Shown: piece after piece, positions 63,357 through 64,000 of the stretch | How positions within the stretch are numbered: position 1 is the first letter of the stretch | Layout of the letters: every line of letters begins with the position of its first letter | Assembly (NCBI GenBank): GCA_039591655.1 | Contig: JBDHDE010000007.1 | Span: 1-64,000, forward strand | Reading direction: 5' to 3' | Source of the DNA: Gemmatimonadota bacterium | Lineage (GTDB): Bacteria > Gemmatimonadota > Gemmatimonadetes > Gemmatimonadales > GWC2-71-9 | Length of the DNA: 64,000 nt | Position numbers and translations under genes: made by a program | The notes under the pieces: generated by a model | What the model was told of the DNA's origin: nothing | The model's input: only the letters and a program-made list of their open reading frames with translations | Databases searched by the model: none

Positions 63357-63998
63357 CTAGTTGAAGGGCTCGGCCCGCTTCATCCACTTCGCGAGGTCCT
63401 TCTCCTTCTTGTTGAGCGGTGTTCCCGGGTGAATGATGCGCACGGGGCAGCGCTCCGCCGCCTGAACCAGCTGCTTGAAGGTGCCGGCCTTGGGGTCCTT
63501 GATGTATGCCTTCTTCTTGTCGTCGTACGCGAACAGGCGCTTGTTGAGCTTGGTGCACTCATCGCAGGTCGTACACCGGGCCGAATCGATGTACGGCTCC
63601 AGTGCGAGCTCTTCCTCTTCCTCCACCGCCGGTGCCGCTGCCGTAGCGACCGCTGTGGCGGCGCCGCCGTCACCGCTCTCGACCGGCGCCGCAGCCGGTG
63701 CGGCCACCGCCCCGAATCCGGCCACCGCGTCGGCCGTGATGGGGGTGAGGCCTTCCATGCCCTGGACCTTGCCCAGCAGGTCGGCCACGGTCTGCTGGCC
63801 GTTGCCCGCCCGGACCAGGCCCTCCGCGAGCCGCCGCGCGATGACTTGCGGGAACTTCTTCTTGAGGTCGGCGATCTTGGCCTCGTACTCGGCCCGGATC
63901 TGCGCCGCCTGCTCCTCGAAGGCCACCTCGGCCTCCGGTTCGACCACACCTTCGCCTGCCATCTCCTTGAGCAGGTTCCACACCTCGATGCGGTCCTC
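63357..63998 (-). CDS. C-terminus of a large protein with helical segment, Ala/Pro linker and single-cluster ferredoxin domain (probably a 2-oxoacid:acceptor oxidoreductase-like protein; truncated by window end)
   Basis: CTTCDEC...CP; frame stays open to the window edge; stop is 12 nt upstream of rnfC. The family call is recall of similar C-termini, not a search. Confidence 0.7.
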   Translation of the reverse strand, partial: EDRIEVWNLLKEMAGEGVVEPEAEVAFEEQAAQIRAEYEAKIADLKKKFPQVIARRLAEGLVRAGNGQQTVADLLGKVQGMEGLTPITADAVAGFGAVAAPAAAPVESGDGGAATAVATAAAPAVEEEEELALEPYIDSARCTTCDECTKLNKRLFAYDDKKKAYIKDPKAGTFKQLVQAAERCPVRIIHPGTPLNKKEKDLAKWMKRAEPFN

Positions 63999-64000
63999 GG

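Overview
A high-GC, densely coding bacterial chromosome segment. Gene content and order suggest Gemmatimonadota, but this is an inference without a database search. Positions 1-51.2 kb are mostly core genes on the + strand, in long runs linked by ATGA/GTGA overlaps. They include ftsY, recG, asnS, mazG, alr, deoB, cdd, mtaB, miaB, a ComFB-family gene, comEC, fbp, a methylmalonyl-CoA mutase subunit, argS, purM, ribD/E/BA/H, nusB, hpf, hprK, a mannose-family PTS, ptsH, ptsI, metK, ahcY, a cobalamin riboswitch with btuFCD-btuB, recO, selB, clpB and tadA. A small arsR-arsM islet sits after recG. Positions 51.2-64 kb look more accessory: a membrane protein, an exported isochorismatase-like hydrolase, a double-CDGSH protein, an ECF sigma/anti-sigma/secretin-N-like trio, a serine hydrolase, and rnfCDGEA-apbE behind a large protein ending in a tethered ferredoxin. 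I found no CRISPR array, transposase, tRNA or rRNA. The best leads are: (1) strong enrichment of the Bacteroidota-type D-S/T-x O-glycosylation sequon in exported proteins; (2) an Rnf operon with no adjacent rnfB but an upstream tethered ferredoxin; (3) a structured minus-strand RNA or REP-like element between clpB and tadA; (4) a stand-alone secreted T9SS-CTD-like protein; (5) probable non-canonical start codons and overlapping or leaderless promoters. All product calls come from motif recognition by eye.
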